In this document: positions 27,911 through 35,916 of the stretch, piece after piece
Position numbering within the stretch: position 1 is the stretch's first letter
Layout: every line of letters starts with the position of its first letter
Assembly: GCA_947303585.1 (NCBI GenBank)
Contig: CAMYYT010000002.1
Location: 2,326-66,325 of the forward strand
Direction of reading: 5' to 3'
Length of the DNA stretch: 64,000 nt
Source of the DNA: an uncultured Pseudomonadota bacterium
GTDB lineage: Bacteria > Pseudomonadota > Alphaproteobacteria > Rs-D84
The notes under the pieces: model-generated
What the model saw: the letters and a program-made list of their open reading frames with translations, nothing else
The model's database searches: none
Told to the model about the DNA's origin: nothing
Program-made: the position numbers and the translations under genes

Positions 27911-28918
27911 TTATTGCATGACAATCATAACAACCTTGTGCATTGTTTTGCCAGTAATTTTTTCTTCTGGGTTAGATATATGACCATATATTTTACCACG
28001 AGAATCTTGGCGAACAACGACAATTTGTGCTTCTGTTGTGTCATCGGATTTCATCTTTGAAAAATCTGCATCTATACATACAGCCAAATCACCAACCTTA
28101 GGTTCTATATTAGCATCAACAAAGATGTATGCAGATTCTGGGATAAAACCAGATAATCTTTTAGAATTTGGTATCACGGCATAAACCCCGCTGCGTCCTT
28201 CTAATGCAGCAGGCGCAACAATCATAGTTTCGTCAGATTTCTTTAATTTCAAGCCTTTGTCCAAAGGTTTGCCAAACACAGGAACCAATTTTTTACGCGC
28301 ATTATCATACAATTGCGCGCCATATAAACCGCCGTGTATATCCAACCCGGATACAGGGTTCCCAGGTTCCAATACAGACTTTACGCGTTCTGTGACTTTG
28401 TTTATTTGTTTAGTTAATTCACCAGCATTATACAATTTGGTGATTTCGTCGAACAGTTGCGAAGAAGTATATCCAAAAGCCTTGGCCAAAACATCAATTT
28501 CATCTTCGTAAACTTCGCGTTGTCCGACTTCGATTTTATGGTACACAGACAAAGTCATATTTGCAGCTTTTGCGGCATCTGCAATAGTTTTTTCACAACG
28601 TTGACGTATTTTACGCAACCCAGAACCAAAAATCTTTAAACCGCTATCCTCATTGTCATTCAAACGGCGTTTAATTTCGTTTTGCCAATTTTGAGCAACC
28701 GCATCAGATTCATGAATAAATATGTCTGATAATTTGCATCCCAGTATGGTGCACACATTTAACAGTTGTTTCTGGTTAAGACGGCGAACGCCTTTTTCTA
28801 TCTTGGAAACCGCAGACAAGGATAAATTAGCGCGTCTAGCCAGTTCAGTCATTTTCATCCCTTTCGCAGCACGAATGTTACGAATGTTATTAGGAAAAAT
28901 GATTTCTTCTTGTGCCAT
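27911..28918 (-). CDS. Dual-HTH (XRE-type) transcriptional repressor with C-terminal S24 LexA/CI-like peptidase domain
   Basis: Two HTH_XRE units (MTELARRANLSLSAVSKIEKG.. and IADAAKAANMTLSVYHKIEVG..) then S24-like fold (VPVFGKPLDKG..SGFIPESAYIFVD..GDLAVC..IVVVRQDSRGKIYG). Confidence 0.7.
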   Translation of the reverse strand: MAQEEIIFPNNIRNIRAAKGMKMTELARRANLSLSAVSKIEKGVRRLNQKQLLNVCTILGCKLSDIFIHESDAVAQNWQNEIKRRLNDNEDSGLKIFGSGLRKIRQRCEKTIADAAKAANMTLSVYHKIEVGQREVYEDEIDVLAKAFGYTSSQLFDEITKLYNAGELTKQINKVTERVKSVLEPGNPVSGLDIHGGLYGAQLYDNARKKLVPVFGKPLDKGLKLKKSDETMIVAPAALEGRSGVYAVIPNSKRLSGFIPESAYIFVDANIEPKVGDLAVCIDADFSKMKSDDTTEAQIVVVRQDSRGKIYGHISNPEEKITGKTMHKVVMIVMQ

Positions 28919-28985
28919 AATTGAACTCCTTGAAATCTATGTTGACAAAATCTTAGTCAATTTTTTGAATCTTGGCAAGAAAAAA

Positions 28986-30530
28986 TTATAAAATGTCATC
29001 AGGAATATCATTTATGTCCACCACACCTTGTGTCAAAGTGTCATTCGGTGTGGCAAATTCAGATGTACTTTCAGAATCAGGAGATTGAGGATAATGTTGT
29101 AAATTATCAAATAATGAATATTCACCAAAGAAGCTTAAATGAACGCTTTCTGGTTTGCCATGACGGTTCTTTGCGATAATAACATCTGCTTTGTTTCGGG
29201 CAGCGTCCATACGTTTTTGCCAAGTCTGCATTGCATTATCAGAAGTCAAACCTGACAAACGTTTGTCAGGAGAATGTCCTTCAAGATAATATTCTTCGCG
29301 GTATGTAAACATAACAATATCCGCATCTTGTTCAATAGACCCAGATTCACGTAAATCGGACAAGATTGGGCGTTTATCGTCGCGTTCTTCAACCTTACGA
29401 GAAAGCTGGGACAGAACGACAACAGGCACATCAAGTTCTTTTGCCAAGATTTTAAGCCCGCGGGTAATTTCTGATAATTCTTGAACGCGATTATCGTTGC
29501 GTTTGCCACCAGGAACAGTCATTAACTGTAAATAGTCAATAACGATAAGAGCGATTCCGCCAAATTGACGCGCGATACGGCGTGCACGTGTTTTAACCCC
29601 TGGAACAGACATTTCAGAAGTGTCGTCGATAACAATAGGTACTTTGGACAAAGCATCTGTGTATTGAGACATTTTCATAAAATCTTCATCAGTCAAATTA
29701 CTGCCTTCGCGCATACGGGAAGAAGGTATCTTTGATTGTGATGACAATATACGAGCCGCTAATTGAGGATAGGACATTTCCAAACTAAAGAAAGCAACCG
29801 CTCCTTTGTATTGCTGGTTTGCGCGCCCGTTTAATATTGCGTTAGCGGCATTGAAAGCGATATTAAGCGCCAATGTCGTTTTACCCATAGCGGGACGTCC
29901 AGCAAGAATTATTAAATCAGAACGATGCAAACCGCTGATAGATTTGTCTAAATCATCAAGCCCCGTTGTTAAACCAGATAATTTTCCGTCTGCTTTGTAA
30001 GCGATTTCCGCTTCTTGCAAGGCGCTTTTTAGCGCATCAGCCAATGTTACTACATTGCGTTCGGTTTGCCCAATAGACGCCAAATTAAATAATTTTTGTT
30101 CGGCGGATTCTATTTGGGTGTTCACAGGTTTGTCTAAATCTTCGGTATATGCATCATCAATAATACTTTGTCCCAGATTTATCAAATCACGGCGACGCGC
30201 ATTATCAAAAACAATACGACCATAATGTTCAACATTTACAACCGTAGCCCCTGCCGCAGTTAATTTAGATAAATATTCAACGCCACCAACATTATCCAAA
30301 ATACCTTGCTGTTCAAGATATGTCTTTGCAGTAATTATATCAAAAGGTATTCCAATTGCGAATTGGCGCAGAGCCAATTTATAAATTTCTTGGTGTGCCA
30401 CATGTGAAAAATGTTCGGGTAACAAAAAATCGGATACGGATTCCAATGCACGATTATTAAGTAACACCGCAGCCAGAACAGCTTGTTCTGCTTCTAAATT
30501 CACAGGTAAAGATTTAGGGGTAAAATCCAT
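28986..30530 (-). CDS. dnaB: Replicative DNA helicase DnaB
   Basis: N-terminal DnaB domain (LPVNLEAEQAVLAAVLLNN..), Walker A AGRPAMGKTTLALNIA, RecA-like core, acidic C-tail. Confidence 0.85.
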   Translation of the reverse strand: MDFTPKSLPVNLEAEQAVLAAVLLNNRALESVSDFLLPEHFSHVAHQEIYKLALRQFAIGIPFDIITAKTYLEQQGILDNVGGVEYLSKLTAAGATVVNVEHYGRIVFDNARRRDLINLGQSIIDDAYTEDLDKPVNTQIESAEQKLFNLASIGQTERNVVTLADALKSALQEAEIAYKADGKLSGLTTGLDDLDKSISGLHRSDLIILAGRPAMGKTTLALNIAFNAANAILNGRANQQYKGAVAFFSLEMSYPQLAARILSSQSKIPSSRMREGSNLTDEDFMKMSQYTDALSKVPIVIDDTSEMSVPGVKTRARRIARQFGGIALIVIDYLQLMTVPGGKRNDNRVQELSEITRGLKILAKELDVPVVVLSQLSRKVEERDDKRPILSDLRESGSIEQDADIVMFTYREEYYLEGHSPDKRLSGLTSDNAMQTWQKRMDAARNKADVIIAKNRHGKPESVHLSFFGEYSLFDNLQHYPQSPDSESTSEFATPNDTLTQGVVDINDIPDDIL

Positions 30531-31377
30531 GTCTCTAAGATTAAACGAAAATTTTGATAATTCAACACCTTTTTTAAGCGGGTATAAACAATTAACAATA
30601 CCAATTATGGATAAGGCCGGAAATCCGGCATGGCCAGAAATGTTTCCGCTTGAAAAAATACACGAACTTGAAAAAGTTGTGGGAAATAGACATTTTTCTG
30701 CTCAAATGATGTTGGAATATATCCCAGAAGAGCGTATACATCTTGATCCCGGAGCAATCAGCTTTTATCGCGATGATTTTGACAGGCGTTTATGTCGAAT
30801 CGGTAACCACATTATAACAGGTGTCAGTTTTTATTGGGATCCGTCATCTGGACGACAAAAATCAGATGGCAGCGTCTGTGCGCTGGTTTATCGTGATGAT
30901 AAAAACAGAACAGTATTCGTTCACGATGTTTTGTATATGTCTGTTATGGACGACGATTTATATCCGTTGGCTAATCAATGCGATACAGTTCTAGATTTTA
31001 TGCAAAAACATAACTTGGTAAGAATAGGAATTGAAATAAACGGACTCGGTAATGCTTTACCAGAAATTATCAGAACCAAAGCACAACAAAAACAACTTTC
31101 GATAAACATAGTTCAAATATCAAATCACACTAAAAAAGAAACAAGAATATTAAACGCCATAGAACCAGTTTTGACTACAGGCCATCTTTATATGCACGAA
31201 AAAATCAAAAAAACGATGTTGTTGTCAGAAATGTTGGCATGGACGCCACTTGGTTCCAAAGAACACGATGACGGTCTAGATGCTGTGTCTGGTGCATTGA
31301 CTATGGATACATATCCAATCAGACCGTTGAATCAATATACGAAACAGATTCGTGCAAACACAGAATTTAACATATAA
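30529..31377 (+). pseudogene. Phage terminase large subunit, C-terminal nuclease domain only (T4 gp17-like; N-terminal ATPase domain missing)
   Basis: ..GNRHFSAQMMLEYIP.. then RNaseH-like nuclease region VSFYWDPSSGRQKSDGSVCALV...EHDDGLDAVSGAL aligns with T4 gp17 residues about 330-580. Confidence 0.6.
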
Positions 31378-31393
31378 CCAAAAGGAAAAATAA

Positions 31394-32623
31394 ATGCAAA
31401 AAAATCTTATGCAATTATATAAACGCGCATTAAATGAACGCGAAGTATGGATGAGCAGATGGAAATCAGCTATGCGATATACGATTCCCGCGGACGACGC
31501 AGATATCGCAACACTTTTTGATGCTACTGCGTCAGACGCTGTTGATAATTTGGCTGCGTCTATGTATTCATTGCTGACGCCCCCAGAATCTTTGTGGATA
31601 AATTTAGTCCGTGAAAGTGATTTATCACCAAATGCTGAAATTGCGACATCTGTTTTGCGGGCGCATTTGAATGATTCTAATTTTTATACAAGCATTCATC
31701 AATGTTATATAGATTTAGTAGTTCTTGGGACAGCGTGTTTGTTTATGGCAGAAAATCCGATAGGCTCTTCATCTGCGTTTTCTTTTACTGCAATCCCAAT
31801 GACAGATATCGCTATATTACCAGGTGCAATCTTCCATACAACTTCGTTGCCAGCCTGTGATTTGATGGAAAAATATCCTAATATAACCTTGCCGTCGCAT
31901 ATGAAAGATACAATAAAAAACAATCCCGAAACCCCAATCAGATTAGTTCAATCTTTGATAGGTAAAGATTTTACAGCTTGGATAGATGTAGGTGGTGATT
32001 TTGAAAACAATATTGTAGCGCGTGGAACATTTGAAACCAATCCATATATAATCTTTCGTTGGTCTTTGGTAAGCGGTGAATTATACGGTCGCGGCCCGGT
32101 ATTGCGCGCGCTGCCAGATATAAAAACAGCAAACAAAGTTGTAGAATTAGTTTTGAAAAATGCAACTATCGCAGTTAGCGGAATTTGGCAAGCTGATGAT
32201 GATGGCGTTATTAATTTATCTAATATAAATTTAACACCTGGCGCAATAATACCAAAAGCGGTAGGCAGTTCTGGTTTAACACCGCTAGCAAGTGGCGCTG
32301 ATTTTGATGTGTCGCAAATAGTGTTGCGTGATTTACGAGACAGAATAAGACATACTTTATTGGCAGACCGGCTAGGTCTTTTGTCAGACAAAGAAATGAC
32401 TGCCACAGAAATATTGGCTCGCAATTCTGATATGGTTCGAATTTTGGGGGCAACATATGGACGCCTTTTGCACGAATTTATAAGACCTTTGTGTGAACGC
32501 GGACTTCAAATATTATCTCGTCGTGGATTGATAGACAAAATATCTTTACATAGCGATGCAGAATTAAAGTATATCGCACCAATTGCACAAATGGCGCGTG
32601 AAGAAATGTTAATAGAAGGATAA
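31394..32623 (+). CDS. Phage portal protein
   Basis: Immediately downstream of the terminase fragment. 409 aa with length and composition typical of HK97/GTA-type portals. Assignment by context plus weak similarity. Confidence 0.5.
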   Translation: MQKNLMQLYKRALNEREVWMSRWKSAMRYTIPADDADIATLFDATASDAVDNLAASMYSLLTPPESLWINLVRESDLSPNAEIATSVLRAHLNDSNFYTSIHQCYIDLVVLGTACLFMAENPIGSSSAFSFTAIPMTDIAILPGAIFHTTSLPACDLMEKYPNITLPSHMKDTIKNNPETPIRLVQSLIGKDFTAWIDVGGDFENNIVARGTFETNPYIIFRWSLVSGELYGRGPVLRALPDIKTANKVVELVLKNATIAVSGIWQADDDGVINLSNINLTPGAIIPKAVGSSGLTPLASGADFDVSQIVLRDLRDRIRHTLLADRLGLLSDKEMTATEILARNSDMVRILGATYGRLLHEFIRPLCERGLQILSRRGLIDKISLHSDAELKYIAPIAQMAREEMLIEG

Positions 32624-32628
32624 TTATT

Positions 32629-32829
32629 ATGACTGAAATTGAAAAACAATATGCACGAACTTTCACATGCAATAGCGGTAAACAGGTTTGGGCTCATTTG
32701 CGAGGTTTGACCATAGAACGCGTTATAGGTCCAAATGTATCAGATAATGAATTGCGTTGGTGGGCTGCACAAAATGCGCTGGTGCATCAAATAGAAAAAT
32801 TTATAAAAAGGGGCAATAATCCAACATGA
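32629..32829 (+). CDS. Small hypothetical protein (phage-region)
   Basis: 66-aa ORF 5 nt after the portal stop. Confidence 0.3.
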   Translation: MTEIEKQYARTFTCNSGKQVWAHLRGLTIERVIGPNVSDNELRWWAAQNALVHQIEKFIKRGNNPT

Positions 32830-32866
32830 TATGTATATAGGTTTATGGTAAATTATTGATAAAAAT

Positions 32867-33127
32867 ATGTCAAAACAACAAAGTTTTTTTAATATCATAG
32901 ACATCTTGCGAGACAGCTGGTTTTTGCTAGCTTTTATTGCTGGTCTAATTTATTGGGTTGCCCGTCAAGATTCGTCTTTGACGGAAATAGAACGACAAGA
33001 ACAACGCATTACGGCACTTGAAAACAGAACAACTGTTTTAGAATCTGGTATAGGTCAATTACAATTAAAAATAGATGGAATCAAAGAAGATGTGACTTTG
33101 ATAAAAAGTGCTGTTATAAAAAATTAA
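32867..33127 (+). CDS. Small membrane/coiled-coil protein (phage-region)
   Basis: One TM helix then coiled-coil heptads. Confidence 0.35.
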   Translation: MSKQQSFFNIIDILRDSWFLLAFIAGLIYWVARQDSSLTEIERQEQRITALENRTTVLESGIGQLQLKIDGIKEDVTLIKSAVIKN

Positions 33128-33480
33128 ATAGAATTTTTAGCCCAATATATTTTATGACCACAAACAACAATAACATCAAATCTGGCATCTCCTTTCCATT
33201 GATGTTGAATTAAATAAGTTTCTGCGGCACGACGCAAACGTACTGATTGTATTGGGGTAATTGCTTCCCAGACCGCAGAAATATTTTTGCGATATTTCAC
33301 TTCTACAAAAACGATAGTATTTTTATGTTTTGCGATAATATCTATTTCTGCACGATTTGTATTTTTGCCGGTCACATATCTGCTTTTTAAAATTTTATAT
33401 CCATGTAATCTCAGATACATTCTTGCCAAGAATTCGGAAAACAATCCAGTCTGATAAGATGTTTTTGTTTTAAAAAGCAT
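33124..33480 (-). CDS. yraN: YraN-family (UPF0102) endonuclease
   Basis: GEFLARMYLRLHGYKILKSRY...EIDIIAKHKNTIVFVEVKYR. Confidence 0.75.
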   Translation of the reverse strand: MLFKTKTSYQTGLFSEFLARMYLRLHGYKILKSRYVTGKNTNRAEIDIIAKHKNTIVFVEVKYRKNISAVWEAITPIQSVRLRRAAETYLIQHQWKGDARFDVIVVCGHKIYWAKNSI

Positions 33481-34285
33481 ATGGTTTTGCCTGGAAATTT
33501 TCTTTGGCTTTCAATACGTTTTCAGAAATATCTGTTGTATGTAATCCTTCATCAACCAAGACAAGCTTTCCATAAAAAGCTTGTAACATTGGGGCATATT
33601 CATTTTCTTCGGAAATCCATTTGTCTTCCCCAGAATTAGGTTGACCGTATTTATCAATGACGCCTTGCCAGAAAGCAAGAAGTTTTTTTTCGCGCTGATT
33701 AGAAAATTTACCGTTTGATTCATTATCAACGCCATCTAAATCATCTGCGTCATTTGTGTATTCGACTTTCCATACCACATTGTCAGTAGCATTACTGGTA
33801 AAAAATATATCAACTTTTTCACCAGTAAAATCTCTTTCCAAATGAATTTCGGACACATAAAGCAAGCCACGTTGTTTGGCTAACGAATAAATACATCTTT
33901 CCAGTTTTTCTGGAATAAAAACATTGTTTTGGCGGCATTCGTAATCAAGATTGTATTTCCATTCTTTGTCTATGCCGTAAACAACACTATTTTTCTTGCG
34001 TGGTGCGTAAAGATTAGAACCCGTGAAAAAAAGCTCATTAATTTCATCATAATTCATCCCTAACATTACACCTGCGATATCGAAATGGTTTACATCAACA
34101 AAGCTGCCGTTCGCATCCAAAGAAACTGTTTCTGGAACAGAATAGTCATCTTCATCAGTCACATCTATTTCAGCAAAATTATCAAAATCCAAAGGGTCTG
34201 TTTCATCAGCAAAAGAAGCAATCGACAAAAATGTGCCAAAACAAAAATATACGCACAATAAAAATTTTTTCATTTTTATCACCAT
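33470..34285 (-). CDS. Hypothetical secreted acidic protein (last gene of four-gene envelope operon)
   Basis: Signal peptide MKKFLLCVYFCFGTFLSIASFA. ATGA overlap with upstream gene. Confidence 0.5.
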   Translation of the reverse strand: MVIKMKKFLLCVYFCFGTFLSIASFADETDPLDFDNFAEIDVTDEDDYSVPETVSLDANGSFVDVNHFDIAGVMLGMNYDEINELFFTGSNLYAPRKKNSVVYGIDKEWKYNLDYECRQNNVFIPEKLERCIYSLAKQRGLLYVSEIHLERDFTGEKVDIFFTSNATDNVVWKVEYTNDADDLDGVDNESNGKFSNQREKKLLAFWQGVIDKYGQPNSGEDKWISEENEYAPMLQAFYGKLVLVDEGLHTTDISENVLKAKENFQAKPYAF

Positions 34286-34977
34286 TATTCTTCCTTGTTT
34301 TTTATAGCTTCGTTATTTATATCTAATACATAAAATACAAACAACCCTGCGGGATTGCTGCCCGTTTTCAAATCTTTGACAAGTCTTTCTGCACTAAGTG
34401 TATGATTCTCAGAATCCTTTTTTCGTAATCCTGGTTCAAACACAACTTCCATGAAAATAGTTTTATCTTCTCGCACTGGTTGTGATTCTATCATATTTGG
34501 TTCAAGCCATGTAAGTGTGTGATATTTGACCTTGTAATAACCATTGGTAGTATTGCCATAAGATGCAGTAAAATTTTGATTGGTTATGCTGTCAACGCGC
34601 AGCAAACGCAACATGTTCTGACCAGACATTTCTAATATCAAAGGTTGTTCTTCTGTTAACCATTTTGTTTTTACAGACGAACTTGATTGATTTTCCAGAA
34701 TGTCCCTTTTTGCCAAAGCATTTTTTTCGCCTGGAATAACTTTGAAATATTCGGATAAATATTTTTCTATTAATTTATCGCGCAAGCTATCAGCAGGAAT
34801 AGATTTTATGTCATACACTTGACTAATTCGTTGATCTGGGTTGTTGCCAGTTTGAAAAAAATAAGTTTTGATAGAAGAACGTTCTTTGGCAATATAAATC
34901 AATGCCACCAACACCAACATAGCGCAAATCGTTATCAAAACAATAACCCCAGTAAAAAATGATTTTATTCTATTCAT
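34285..34977 (-). CDS. Bitopic membrane protein with VirB8-like features (N-terminal TM, periplasmic domain, C-terminal NPxG motif)
   Basis: TM helix residues 8-30. C-terminal ..TGSNPAGLFVFYVLD resembles the VirB8/TrbF NPLG motif. Size (230 aa) matches VirB8. Confidence 0.4.
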   Translation of the reverse strand: MNRIKSFFTGVIVLITICAMLVLVALIYIAKERSSIKTYFFQTGNNPDQRISQVYDIKSIPADSLRDKLIEKYLSEYFKVIPGEKNALAKRDILENQSSSSVKTKWLTEEQPLILEMSGQNMLRLLRVDSITNQNFTASYGNTTNGYYKVKYHTLTWLEPNMIESQPVREDKTIFMEVVFEPGLRKKDSENHTLSAERLVKDLKTGSNPAGLFVFYVLDINNEAIKNKEE

Positions 34978-35669
34978 TTTGAAATCCGATATGTATAAAA
35001 TTCGTTAATATAATACCCAAATGTAGCAGGATAAAGCAAAGAATCACGCGCAACAGTTATAAAAAACAAAACCTTAAAACTTTCATTGTTTGAAGTGTTT
35101 ACAGATACAGTGCCACGCCAAAAACTGCCGTTTTCATCAATTTTACCAGGGACAACTTGTGGTCGTTCCGGTTTCCAAAATTCCGCATTTTCAGCTATTT
35201 TTGTTCTATAAACAGGCAACACATTATCAACAAATTCTTGATATAAATTCCTGGATGATTTGCAAGCCAACGCGCATGTTATGTTTATTGGACTAAATAT
35301 CTCAGGTTTGCTACAATCTTCTTTTACTTCGCAATTCTTCCATCTTGCTTCGTTGGTTGCTTCGTTCGTAGATATAGTAAACCAATTAGTGATGTAATCA
35401 TGAACAAGTTTTTCTTGAATAACTTGGTAGCGATTGACTGTTTCTGCTTCTTTATCTGGGTAAGCAATAACTTTCCATTCATTGGTTGTTGGATTAATTG
35501 ATATTAATACAGGGTATTGTTTTGTAAAATGTTGGCAAAACAGGATAAAACCACAAACAACGACAATCATAAAAAAGGTTATTGCTGTCCATATAGACAT
35601 AATACGAGACAGGGCAATTGATTTGCCCGCTCGAAAAGTTTTTATATCAAATCCATTTGGGTAATCCAA
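34974..35669 (-). CDS. Bitopic membrane protein (short cytoplasmic tail, TM, periplasmic domain with 4 Cys); possible second VirB8-like paralog
   Basis: Topology from hydrophobicity. 4-nt overlap with next gene. Confidence 0.4.
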   Translation of the reverse strand: MDYPNGFDIKTFRAGKSIALSRIMSIWTAITFFMIVVVCGFILFCQHFTKQYPVLISINPTTNEWKVIAYPDKEAETVNRYQVIQEKLVHDYITNWFTISTNEATNEARWKNCEVKEDCSKPEIFSPINITCALACKSSRNLYQEFVDNVLPVYRTKIAENAEFWKPERPQVVPGKIDENGSFWRGTVSVNTSNNESFKVLFFITVARDSLLYPATFGYYINEFYTYRISK

Positions 35670-35698
35670 TCAATCCCCCCATGTGTTTATAAAGAAAA

Positions 35699-35854
35699 CT
35701 AGGCCTGATATACCAAAATGCAAGCACAAGGGCTAAGTTTTAATTCGTTATTGTCATAACCAATACTAACAGGTTCGCTGTCGTATATCTGACCACATCC
35801 AGACATCGATAAACCAGCAATCGCCAATGTGCAAATTACAAGAATTTTTTTCAT
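35699..35854 (-). CDS. Small lipoprotein (51 aa; VirB7-like by size, position and lipobox)
   Basis: Strong RBS GAAAGGAGAATAC before ATG. MKKILVICTLAIAGLSMSGC.. lipobox. Not in the ORF track (under 60 aa). Lies 30 nt upstream of the next gene. Confidence 0.45.
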   Translation of the reverse strand: MKKILVICTLAIAGLSMSGCGQIYDSEPVSIGYDNNELKLSPCACILVYQA

Positions 35855-35916
35855 GTATTCTCCTTTCTTTTTCAAAATTATAAGAAAAATTCATCCCCCC
35901 AGTCAAGACAAAACAA

